Below, in pieces: positions 1 through 10,896 of a stretch of DNA of 64,000 nucleotides (position 1 is the first letter of the stretch; every line of letters starts with the position of its first letter). The position numbers and the translations under genes were made by a program. Location of the stretch: contig OZ037771.1 in the NCBI GenBank assembly GCA_964035545.1, forward strand, positions 12,032,480-12,096,479, written 5' to 3'. The notes under the pieces are model-generated. The model was given only the letters and a program-made list of their open reading frames with translations. It made no database searches and had not been told where the DNA came from. This DNA is from Bugula neritina (taxonomy: Eukaryota > Animalia > Bryozoa).

Positions 1-681
1 CATTTTAATCCCGTTGGAGTGAAAATGTCTGTCATTGCATTTTCAATGTTTGAACGAGGAATTAAAGTTTCTGAGTCGAGGAGAAGTTGATGTGGATCAA
101 GTTTTAATAATACAAGATCATTAAGGTATGACTTGTAGTGATCAGGAGGAGCTTCTTCTACCCTGTAATGGCGATAAGCCAAGAGAGAAGTAAACTTTAA
201 CTCTAGTTTTTCAATGGAGTTGAACATCTCCATGAGAAGTGTCGATCTTTCAATTTTGGCATGGACCTTGTCTTTTATGCATTTCAATATTTCAGGTGTT
301 ACACTTTCTGCTAACAGTTCTTCACATTCATAATTCTCTAAAAGAAAGTGTGCTGGTACTACTGCAAAATAGCCAGTATATGGATTGAGTGGATCTAACA
401 CTTTTCCTTTCATCACTAACTCACAAACAGCAGTGCTGCTCTGGATATAATTTCTGACATTGAACTTATGTAGTGAGCCCCGGATAAGCTCATTACTGTG
501 CAACATTCCTTCAATGTTTTCAGTAAATACTGTAAAAGAGTTAAAGTGACTCTGACTAACTGCTTTCCGAAGAATTTCTTGGACTTTGATAGTTGCACCT
601 TTACCAACAACTAAAAGCTCTTTGCAGTCATCGGGTGATTGGTAAACAAGAGGATATCCAACTCCATAGTCATAGCAAATT
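1..681 (-). CDS. Long open exon with putative trypsin-like peptidase His and Asp motifs
   Basis: About 226 codons with no stop after the acceptor ttattgtag. It contains YFAVVPAHFLL (His at 348-350) and YLNDLVLLKLD (Asp at 117-119), resembling the TAAHC and DIALLKL motifs of clan PA proteases. The ORF track omits it because it has no stop inside the window. Confidence 0.75.
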
Positions 682-1580
682 CTACAATAAATACAAAATA
701 TAATTGACATGTTAAAGCAAAGGTTTTCAGACTTACTACATTATCTATAAATTGACTGCAAACTGGTTGGATGATGTGAAAAACCTTTGCTGGTCAACTT
801 TCAACTATAACCTGAGACCGCATTAAGAAGCTAAGGAAACCCCAAGCCATCTGCTCATTAGCTAGTTTTAAATGCCCACAAGAGCTTAGATATGAATGAT
901 ACAATTGTGGGTAAAAAGTTGACATGCATCAATAATTTACTCAGTTATTAGATCCATCAACTTGTCTGGGATGATCCAGTCATAAGGTGAATAATCAGAA
1001 GTCATTGCCTCTAAGGAGTAGGTCTGCCCATTGATGTCCAGCTGAAAGATGGGATAATTATCAGGCTTGTCTGAACTAGAGCTCACTATATCATCATAAT
1101 CTGGGGGTGATGCTGGTTTCTCTACAATTAGTTTAAAATTTCATTGAATATAATTTTTTGACATTAAAAGGCTAACTTTCAGATATAGTTTGTCTCAAAC
1201 ATTCCGATATGCTGATAATGTGTTATAAAATTGAAAACTTGTTTGAGAAATAAATTAAACTCAAAAATGATATTTCATTTCAAAATAGTAAGTAAGTTGT
1301 AAAAAAGGTATCTGCCATAGTTTGTAATTGCTGCATTTATCCATACCTTTATTCTTATTATCGTATGCAGTAGGATGATCCAAAAAATTTCTTTGCTCAA
1401 TGTTACTCCTAAAATTACAGATACAAAAAAGTTTGAATAAATTGACACAACGGCTTTAGTATTTTAAGGACTAATTTCTGTAATGAAATAGCAGTTCACG
1501 GTCTAAGGGAAATAATTATTGCAATGGTTTTGGCCATCCAATTATTTAATAAATTGGTCCAATGAATAAAAAAATTGTTG

Positions 1581-1657
<77 letters not shown>

Positions 1658-4600
1658 TATATATATAGATATATATATATATAATTTACATATATACATA
1701 ATATACAGATTCTCTTACTCTTGTGAGATTAACATTTCATCTTGTGAAAGGTTACGGGACTTTGCTGAGACTTCTCCTGGTCCAGCTGACATTGATTGCT
1801 GTTCTCGCATTGAAAGATATGGATATTTTAATTCTTCGAGTTCATCACCCGGTGCACCTGCATTGCATATCATGCATTAAATCCCCAACTGCATAAAAAC
1901 ATGTGCATGTATGATGTAGTTATAATTGTGTACAAGGAAATGCTAGATCAATGGTTCTGTGCAACATAAATGTGCATGCTGTTTTGATTTAGAATATTTC
2001 AACTGCATCACCTAATTCAGCAGCCCCCAACTGGAGCCGATCGAGGATGTACCCGTGGCTGTAGAGGATGTCATAGGTGGCCCAATGCTACCTACAGACA
2101 AGTATCATTTGCGGGCTCCCACCTTCTGTGTGGAAGAAGATGTGGAGCAATTTATCGCTGAGTTCAGCTCAGTGGCGGCCATCTGCAGATGGCCTGCCAG
2201 AGTAACTCTGATACAGCTACGGTTGTGCTAGACAGGAACAGCCAAGTCATATGGTATTGGCCTACATGTCAACAGCATCTTCGAAGTGTTGAGAGTTTGG
2301 TTTGAACGACCATAGCTGAACCGCTTGCACAAATTGCTTTTGATGACTTGCCAGTAGAAGGCTCGAGGAGTCTTGCATTAAAGGCGTTTCTCCAGTCAGC
2401 TTGAGGCGACACCTGCAGGTAGCCAAAGTTGACTCGATGAAGAAAGCCCTCCAATTTGGGAATGCATATTTCTAAGCCTGTAGCACGTGTTGGTTTGGGG
2501 TAAATGCGCAGCAGGTAGAGGCCAAAGTTGGGCTGCCTCCGTCCAAGGCTGCTGTAATCATTCACCTGACTACAGCCACAGCAGCACTAAAAGCTACGGA
2601 GGACACGGGTGAACAACGACGGCCAACAGTAAAGTCTGCCAACTGTGGACTTTGGTTAACACCTCCGAGACTGAGGTGGGGGCCCAAGCCCAGTAAGGTG
2701 GAAAGCCCATTTTGCTTGAGTGGCAAGCCCCAGGAGAGTTAGCAGACCGCAAGGTTTGCCGAAGCCTCCAGCTTAGCTACTTGAGAAAATGCTTTGAGAA
2801 ATTGTCTATGAAGAGTAGGAACAGAAGCTATATTTCTGACGGCTCCCCACAAGACCTCGGCAACCCCTTCACAATCGAAAAGCGCAGGTGCATCCCAAAC
2901 TCCATGCACATGAGGTGTCCCCTCTAGGGACAAGCCGCTCCAGGAGTGCCTAGCCATTTGAAAGCAGTTTTGTGCCAGGCAAGCTTGCCGGCAAAGTTGC
3001 AACATTCCTGTTAGACAGGGGTCTCTTTGACATGTCAAGTGCACGATACAGGGCTAACTTGGAGCCATACAAAAGAAAACAGAGCACGTTGGCGGACAAG
3101 TCGTGCATTGCATTCTATGGTGTGATTGACCTGACATGATGAGTCGGTGATTAGATGATCAGGGAAACCTTCATCGTTACTTTGCTGAAGGAGGATACCA
3201 TCTGAGAGATGTCTTTCTTAAAGAGAAACAAGTGCCACATCGACCTTAACAAGTCAACAGAATGATGGACAGGCGTGAGCTTGCTTGTGTTGATAAGTTT
3301 GACAGGCTCTTGGTTGGGAGAGTGCAAGTGGTGTGACACTGTATTATTCTTGGGCGCTCCAGGGCTACAGTTCGCTGCAGAGTGAACTTTATGAAAATCA
3401 CTAAGTAAGGAGTGGTGAAAGGAGCACTTGGTGGCGTTTGGCTCGCGAGCAGTCTGAATCAACTGGACGAGCTTAAGTGAGTTCCTGGTACAGGGTGTTA
3501 GACCTTTCACGGAGCTGATTGAGTTTCCGGCTGGTTTGTTAGTAGGAAAGTTTCACTATGTGCAGGAGGAAGATGTCAGGCCTGCCCTGGAGACGGCAAA
3601 GGAAGCCTGTGGAGTACCCCCTACAAACAGTAGTTGACAGGTTCCTGGACACTTGGTAGACCTGTACAACAATACTTGTGGTGACTGTGAGAGTAACAGG
3701 GAGCGCCAGATAGTCACGCAATTACTCTCTGAGTACTATGATGTGTTAAGTCATGGTGACCATGACATGGGTTTGACCATGGCTGTCTGTTATGAGATAC
3801 ACCTGGCAGCGGAGACAGGGCCAATTCTGCAGCCGACTCGCTGGTTAGGTCCTGAGAAGGAATAGAAAGTGAGCCATCATCTTCTGAGCTGGGACCTGAT
3901 TGAGACAGCCCATAGTGCATGGAGGTTTTCAGCTGTCCTCGTTCAAAAAAAGGATGAGAGCCCGATGTTTTGCGTAGACCATTGCAAGCTGAACAGCGTG
4001 ACTATCCAGGATGTTTACCCTCTTTTGAGGATGCATCAGTCGCTGAATGCCTTAGCTGGTAGCAAGTTTTTAAGTATGTTAGACTTGCTGAGAGGGTACT
4101 GGCAAGTGCCTCTGAGTCCTGATGCACAGGACAAGGCTGCGTTTATAACTCGGAATGATGGTGGGCTCTGAAAGTGGAAGATGCTGCCGTTTGTACTTTC
4201 ATCTGCTCCGGCGACTCATGAAGCAGGTTTTCAGTAGGTTATACTGGAAAACCCTGCTCATCTACCTTGATGATTTCATTTTCATCTCCCCAACTTCGAC
4301 ACCCATATCAGTCGGCTCAGGGCTGTGTTCGATAAAATCTGAGCCACCACTCTAAAGCTCAAACCCTCTAAAAGTGCGTTGCTGCAGCCAGAGGTCAAGT
4401 ACCTAGGCCATGTAATTGGCCAGAATGGGTAGCTATTGACCCCGAGAAGGTATGAGCTGTAAGATACTGGTTTGTCCCTCTAAACCTCCACAAATTGCGG
4501 ATATTCATTGGGTTGGTAGGGTATTATAGACAGTGTATCCCTGACTTCGCAGGAATTTCACAGCTACTGAATTGGTTGACAGCAAATGGGGTTTGTTAGC

Positions 4601-7600
4601 AGTGGATATATTTGAGAATCTTAAAAATTTGTTTGATGAAGACACCTAACTTGGCACACCCCGATCTGACAAAGGAGTCCATCCTCGATACCGATGCCAT
4701 CAACTACAATGTGGGAGCTGTGCTGTCTCAGGTCCAGGATGATCGCAAGGTGATAGTGGCTTACTACAGTAAAGCAATGTCGGCCCTTAAAAAGAACTAC
4801 TGTACCACCAAGAAGGAACTCCGGGCGGTAGTGAAGGCTTTTAAGCACTTTAAGTCATATCTATTAGGGCTCTCGTTATGACTGCCAATAGATCAAGCAT
4901 CTGTGATATGGCTGTGCAGACGAGCTGAGCCCTCTAGTTAAGTTGCGCGGTGGCTTGAGTTCCTGGCCAAGTTTTCACACCGGATCGAGCACCGATCTGT
5001 AAAGAAACATGGTAATGCCAATGGATTGAGTCAGCGACCTGGGGAAAAGTGTTAGCAATGCTAGAAGATTGAGCAGGGGAAGTGGTTAGGTGTGCAGAGT
5101 TTAAGTACTTTTGTGATTGTTGGGACTTCCTTAAGTTCAATAGTGATGGGCTGCTGACAATAACGTTAGCAGCTGGTACACATCATTAGGAATGTGAAAG
5201 GGTAGTCTGTCCGTCTGCCCTGCGCCAGAAGCTCATCTGAGACACCCGTAAGCAAGCTCTTGCTGAAGCTGGGTGAATGACCAAGTGCCTACAGCTCTGG
5301 TGGCATTGGCCCAGGTTGACCCAGGACGTCTGACTTTGAGTGCGAAAGTGTGAGATATGCCAAGCTGGTAAACATGGCCTCTCCACTTGACCACGATGAG
5401 GCAACGCCTTCACGCTGGTCGGTTGTGGCAAATAGTTGTCGTAGATCTGGTGGGCTTCATGCCTACGTCTGAGAGGAGTAACTGGATACTGGTGTTGACT
5501 GACCATTTTACCCGGTGGGCTGATGCCCTGACTATTTCTGATGTGTTAACCTCCACGGTGGCCAGGACCTTGGATCAGAACGTGTTTTGTTATTACGGCT
5601 TGCTGAAGCAGATGTACACTGACAGGGTGCCCAGTTTCAATCGCAACTGATGGGCAACCTCTGTAAGGCATGGAAAGTCAACCAGAGCTAAGCTACTCTA
5701 TTTCATTCGTAAGGGGATAGGGTTGTTGCTAGACAACTCTTTGAGAAGTCTGCTACTAGATAGAAGTCAGGAAAAGTAGGACTTGTGTTGCCGAAAATTA
5801 TGTGAGCATACCGTAGTACCCCTGACTCTAGCACACTAGAGATCTCGAACTTTCTCATGCTCGGTAGAGAAACGAGAGTTCTTGACCACTTGACTTACCA
5901 TGTTCCTGCTGAAAAGAGCAATGTTCAGGAGTACGTGGAAGAGCTCATTACGGGCATGATGACGGCTCACAAGATTCTACGTGAGCAGCTATAGCGGTTG
6001 AGGAGTGACGACTCTGCTGAGCAGATTCCTCCACTCTTGGAACCCACGATCCGTCCCAACATGAGGGGAAGGCCGAGGTCCAATCAAGTTGGAGGTTATT
6101 GTGCAGCGGCTGGAAGAAGAGGCTGAAGAGCCGCTTGATCGGGCCCAGCCACCCCTACCACCAGTGGAGCTGGCTAGCACACCTGCAGTCCCAAGTGAGA
6201 TGAAACTTCCTCTGAATAATGAGGATGATAACATTGCGGAGAACCCACCTGTACAGATGGACCCCACGCACTGGAGGCACCGCTCGTAGTGGTGACTTCG
6301 CCAGGTGCAGCAAGTCCCTCAGTAACGTTGAAACGTAGTCAATGCACTAAGAGTCCCCCATCTTGTTTAAAATATTTATTTTGCGACTTAGTATACTGGC
6401 ATACTATATTATCAGTAAAAAGTAGTTGCAAAAGAAATTTGGGACCGATAATTGAGAGTTGCGTTCTCTAATTGAAACATTGATTTACTTCAACTGGGGA
6501 GTCACCGTAGGAAGAGCCAACTCACCGGTCGAGTGAACACTATATCATCTCTCTCATCATGTGGAGCGTTCTTTTTAATTGTGACTGTTGGAGGGAAAGC
6601 ACGCACTTGTGGCAGCTGGCAACCTCAGAGCCCTAAGTTGACAGTATGGCTGGGCCAGCAACTGTCGAAAGGGGTAAATCTATTAGTGAATTTTTTTTAT
6701 TTTACTTAGAATTTAGCCTAGTAGCCAATTGCAGTCTTGCTCTGTCATAATGATAGATTTGGAACTCCTGATGTCAGGTGATGTTTCTGACAGCTTTGAA
6801 GTTGAGTAATGGCCAGGATAGTTTACTAAAACCAGGAGGTTGATCGATTATTCAACTTGGCCGATGTGTAGTACTGACTAGGTGGTGTTCCCTACAACGG
6901 AGTGTGTGATTTTATGACTGGTACAAGTTTTGAATCTATGTACTCTGTTGCAGGTGAAACTGGTCTCAGTTCTTCGATGATGCGGGAATTGGTAGATCTA
7001 CCTCCCACACCATAGGAAGAGATCTCTGATTATTGGTTTGAGCTCTTGTCCAAACTGCATTTCTCCACACCGTCAGCCGAGCAGCCACCACTTGTCGTTA
7101 ATGCCATGCATACTGTAATATTTTTGGGTGGTGTGAAACGGATTAAGCAGTGTGCTTGTAGAGCAACAAAAAGAGTTGTATAAGCTTGAAATGATAATGT
7201 CTTTATTGTTCGTCTAGTTGTGTCCTGGGCGAGCTCTGGTGGAAGACTGACTAACAACCGTGAGCTCACCTCCTTATATAGTAGCAAAAAATCTAATAAA
7301 TAGTGATATAACAATATTATATGTTTTAAACTTTGTACCAAATCAGATATATTATAAAGATCCGTAAGGCAAGCATACGCTACGCAACCCTGAGGCCATG
7401 CATCATTACGCTAGCTTAGCTAAATTGACACCCACAGTGATACGCTTTGCTACCCTTTCATTGATTGGCTACCGATCACCTGATCATATGCCATAAACTA
7501 GATCAGCTGCACGTATGTAAAAGACAATCTTGCGTCAGCCCCACGTTGTCTAGCAGTGGAGCCGGCTTAGCTCAGTAGTTATGTTTTATTATTCTAGTTT

Positions 7601-9097
7601 AGTCATATAACATCTTGTATCTTGTATAGCTTTTCTTACTCTTGTATTATTCGGCATGCAATAAACATTATATAATTGTTGCACTCCGATTGTTATTCTG
7701 GATGATTATCACCAGCGCTGGCATTGTAAATACGTATGCTAGTTTCAATAACCCACACATTGTAATTCACAACAATATTTCTACAATGCAAAAGTTAATC
7801 GACAGCAAATCCGGTCTTTGTAGTTTTGAAGAATTAACAGCTATAACAGCTGCTTTAAAAATGTTATTTTACATAAATTAAACTGCATGCAGGCCACAAA
7901 ATCAATTATTTTTATAAAATTTATAGGCAGAAGGAACCTCTCAAATTTTTAGTGAATGAAGTTTTTCGAAAAACTGTATAATAAATTATCAATTTTAAGA
8001 GTTATATTTTTGGTTTTCAAACTGTTGACTGCAGCCTCTGACAAGCTATAACTATAGTGCTGCTAAAAATTATTTTGCAACACTTGATCGAAACTAGAAT
8101 ATATACAAGAATCAACAACATAACATTTGTAAGCTTGACAGGTGAGCTGAGTATGTGACATGTAAGCTGGGTATGTCACAGGTGAGCTCATATAATAAAA
8201 GATAGTAGAGAATCTGTCAGCCGTAAAAATAATTTTTCTAAAAACGTGATTATAATATGGCTGCTTTTTTGTGTTTCAAGAATAATAGAAGCAGTTTTAC
8301 TTACGTCTACCTACTGCAGCCTGAAAATGTCTGTGATGATCAGTTTGTGGTTGGTGACTCTCTTCACCATGCTCTTCACCTTGACCTTCTCCTGGGAGAT
8401 CATCATGAGAATGTTCTTCACTGCTCGTAGCACCATCTTCTCCTTGACTTCTACTTGAGAGATCATCATGAGAATGCTCATCACTGCTAGTAGCACCACC
8501 ATCTTCATCTGTTGGTGTTTCAGTTTCCTCCTTAGTCTACGCAGTAATAGAAGGAAGGAAAGGAGAGAAAGAGAGAGATTGCTTAGTGCTTAAACATTTC
8601 AAGATTTTAGCTTTGCTTGTTTAGATCAGTCCTAGTAGCTTGTATAGCCAGAGAAAAGACTGAATCAAAATTAAATAATGGTAATAGAATGAGATATAAC
8701 TTTGCGTCACTGCAATATTGTTGTGACAGATCAAAGTTTGGTTTTCTACCAAAAAAACCGCAACATCACTCAATTCTATTTCCTATACAGTTGTTATTGG
8801 GGGCCAGAGCTTCCTTTTTGGCCTCCATATTATTAAAACATTCAGACTGTGAAATTAAAATCAAGACCTACAAAACAAAGTATATTATAGATCGACCGCA
8901 AGGTATGTTCACCATTTTGTTATAAGGACACCTACTATTTCAGCAGGAGCTCTAAAATCTGTCTGCTTTCTCATTTCAGCCGTAGTTTTGCTCCTGCCTT
9001 TTCTGTAACTAAAGCACACCCATCCTGATATGAAAATGACTGAAATAAAAATAATCATAAGTGCTAATAGCACTGATGGATCTACTATCAGCTCCAT
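1..9097 (-). CDS. Uncharacterised single-pass membrane protein with cytoplasmic acidic region and putative C-terminal trypsin-like serine protease domain (3'-truncated by window start)
   Basis: Manual model complement(join(<1..681,941..1121,1347..1408,1719..1857,8305..8536,8936..9097)). All introns are GT-AG and phases chain 0/1/2/1/2, giving >=485 codons without a stop. It starts MELIVDPSVLLALMIIFISVIFISGWVCFSYRKGRSK (TM followed by basic stop-transfer residues). The acceptor at 1857 is weak (see findings). Confidence 0.65.
1582..1683. repeat. (TA)n microsatellite
   Basis: About 50 TA units with a few GA interruptions. Confidence 0.98.
2020..6470 (+). mobile_element. Degenerate Ty3/Gypsy LTR-retrotransposon internal region (gag-PR-RT-RNaseH-IN), antisense in an intron of the membrane-protease gene
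   Basis: Gag-like APTFCVEEDVEQFIAEFSSVAAICRW (~2110-2200). RT fragments VLVQKKDESPMFCVDHCKLN, LDLLRGYWQVPL and LLIYLDD. RNase H ILDTDAINYNVGAVLSQ...YYSK...NYCTTKKEL. Integrase WQIVVVDLVG...LVLTDHFTRWADA. Domain order RT-RH-IN is Gypsy-type. Many stops and frameshifts; no paired LTRs found; boundaries approximate. Confidence 0.93.
3720..5990 (+). pseudogene. Disrupted Gypsy pol (RT, RNase H, integrase)
   Basis: ORF fragments 3653-3865, 3869-4171, 4155-4355, 4612-4881 and 5387-5650, separated by stops and frameshifts. Confidence 0.9.
7122..7313 (-). mobile_element. Short solo LTR
   Basis: Minus strand begins TGTTATA, has TATATAAG then AATAAA, and ends CCCAAAA (probably mutated CCCAACA). ATAT on both sides (7118-7121, 7314-7317). 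Confidence 0.55.
7351..7774 (+). mobile_element. Probable solo LTR remnant
   Basis: Ends CACAACA followed by ATAT, and ATAT also precedes it (7347-7350). Internal ATTGG and AATAAA (~7660). The 5' TG is degenerate. Confidence 0.4.
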
Positions 9098-9295
9098 TTC
9101 TTTTTTCAATTTGTATAGGAGATGATGTTGTTGATAAGCCCAGCTGCTGCTGACACTTGTCTGTAAAATAAAATGACAAAACTGATGGTACTACAACAAA
9201 GTAAACAAGGATGTTCTATATTTTGCACAGAAACTATACCATGAAATAAATAAAGGCTACACTTATAGTAGTCACTCAGTCTAGTTTCAACTAAT

Positions 9296-9461
9296 TGTCA
9301 TATGGCGTCAGGAGGTGTCATATAACATCAAGTGGTGTCATATGGTGCCGTACGGTGTCAGGTGGTGTCATATATACGGTGTCAGATGGCGTTATATGTT
9401 TGGTGTTAGATAGTGTCGGGTGATGACATGATGTCAGGTGGTGTCAGGTGGTATCAGGTGG
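9296..9461. repeat. Degenerate GGTGTCA-based minisatellite
   Basis: Recurrent ggtgtca(g/tat) units. Confidence 0.8.
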
Positions 9462-9985
9462 CACAGCCATCCCACACAATCCTCAGTTAAATGGTGGTGG
9501 AGTTGAGTACCATTTGTGTCATTTCTGTACATTTCATCAATATAAATGTTAAAAAAAACCTGCTTTTGCGTTTTACTGAGAGTAGCCAGATACTAGATGG
9601 TCATTTGCAGGTTTTACCAGGGTATCAATTTGTCAGGTTTTTATGTATGATAAATTTGAAAATCTCACACTTACTCTATCCAAGATGTTTATTAAGGACC
9701 ACTGGATCTTTTACTAAGTAGATAGAAACTCACTCCACATTTCTAACTTTAGCTAAATAACTATTATGTTATTTTCTTATTGATTTTGCGTTTGCTATTT
9801 GCCCAACTTGATTTTCACTACAGAAAATTGCAGAACATTGAAACAAAAAACAAAAGTTACTAAAACTAAGGTATATGATTCACTCTCACTAAAGATATGC
9901 TGCTAAAATGTAGTTGAAGATTAAAGAAAAGCTGCAAATTACCAGGTGGTTATCAAAGTAGAAAAAATTGACAGTTATCTCTTAC

Positions 9986-10115
9986 CTTGACTTGAATCTA
10001 GCAGTAGAAACACAACCGAGGCAGGCTAAACAATTCACTTTGATAACTGCTGCGCAATAACAGTTCATGTCTCAAACTTTCCAGTTGCTCATTGTTATTT
10101 GCATAATACATCCAT
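9986..10115 (-). other. Probable 5'-UTR exon of the membrane-protease gene, containing upstream ATGs
   Basis: Strong donor AAG|GTAAGA at 9986/9985, pairing with acceptor tttacag at 9161. The 5' boundary is unknown. Confidence 0.4.
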
Positions 10116-10437
10116 GAGTTCTTAGGTTGTCAAAAGCTTGATCAAAAGGCAATTGTTATAAGCTGGGACACAATAGCAAAAACAAACAGTTAATAATGTA
10201 AAGCATTGAGCTAAAAACATTGCAGCAATTGTGGGACTTCAGTGTCAGAATTCAGTGTCAGCTTTTCCGATAAATAATTTTATAAACCTACAATACAATG
10301 CTTGTACTTGTTTTTATGTCTGTGTGTTTTCCCAAACTAAATTTTCCGTTTGGTAGGATTTGTGCAAGTAGCTCTCTCAGCCCAGCGAATAAATTTAGCA
10401 AAACTTTGCAGTCTTTACACTAGTTTTGCTATAATAG

Positions 10438-10896
10438 TGTTGTAGCTTTGTGCACTACTAGATTGTGGGTATTGTTGTGTGTTACTGACTACTGCATTAC
10501 ACTGTGAGGTTATATGAGGAACCGAACAAGTTGATCAAGGAACGAGAGAATTGTATTTAAGCAAACGGTATAAGAGTAAAAGTAAAATACATGAGTCGAG
10601 AAAATATACAAGAGTGAATATATATAGTTATTCTACTAGCTACTAGCGCTGTCCAAGACTGGCTGTGGGCGCCGGAAGAAGTTGTTTTTTATACAAGTGC
10701 TCGACTCTGATTGGTCGACATATATCTCCGTATTCTTGTCCGTATCAACTAACGGTGTTGCCGCATGTAGAGACGGCATGACTAGGAGCGGAGATGGCAT
10801 GACTTGGAGTTGCCTTTCTGACCATAAACTATTGAGTTATGTATACCAGGGGACACTGGGGGGGGGGGGGGTGGTATACTTCCGGTGGCCATTACA
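10438..10896 (-). mobile_element. Solo LTR, family X copy 1
   Basis: 459 bp with TG...CA termini and 4-bp TSD ATAG (10434-10437, 10897-10900). Minus-strand CCAAT (~10710) then TATAAAA (~10690). Colinear similarity to 47072-47536. Confidence 0.8.

Noticed and set aside
1496-1880. ORFs with YIYIYI runs
   Set aside because: Translations of the (TA)n microsatellite; the real exon 1719-1857 is on the minus strand in another frame.
8246-8508. Hydrophobic ORFs 8246-8458(+) and 8311-8508(-)
   Set aside because: Shadow frames of the acidic exon 8305-8536; splice phases support the third frame.
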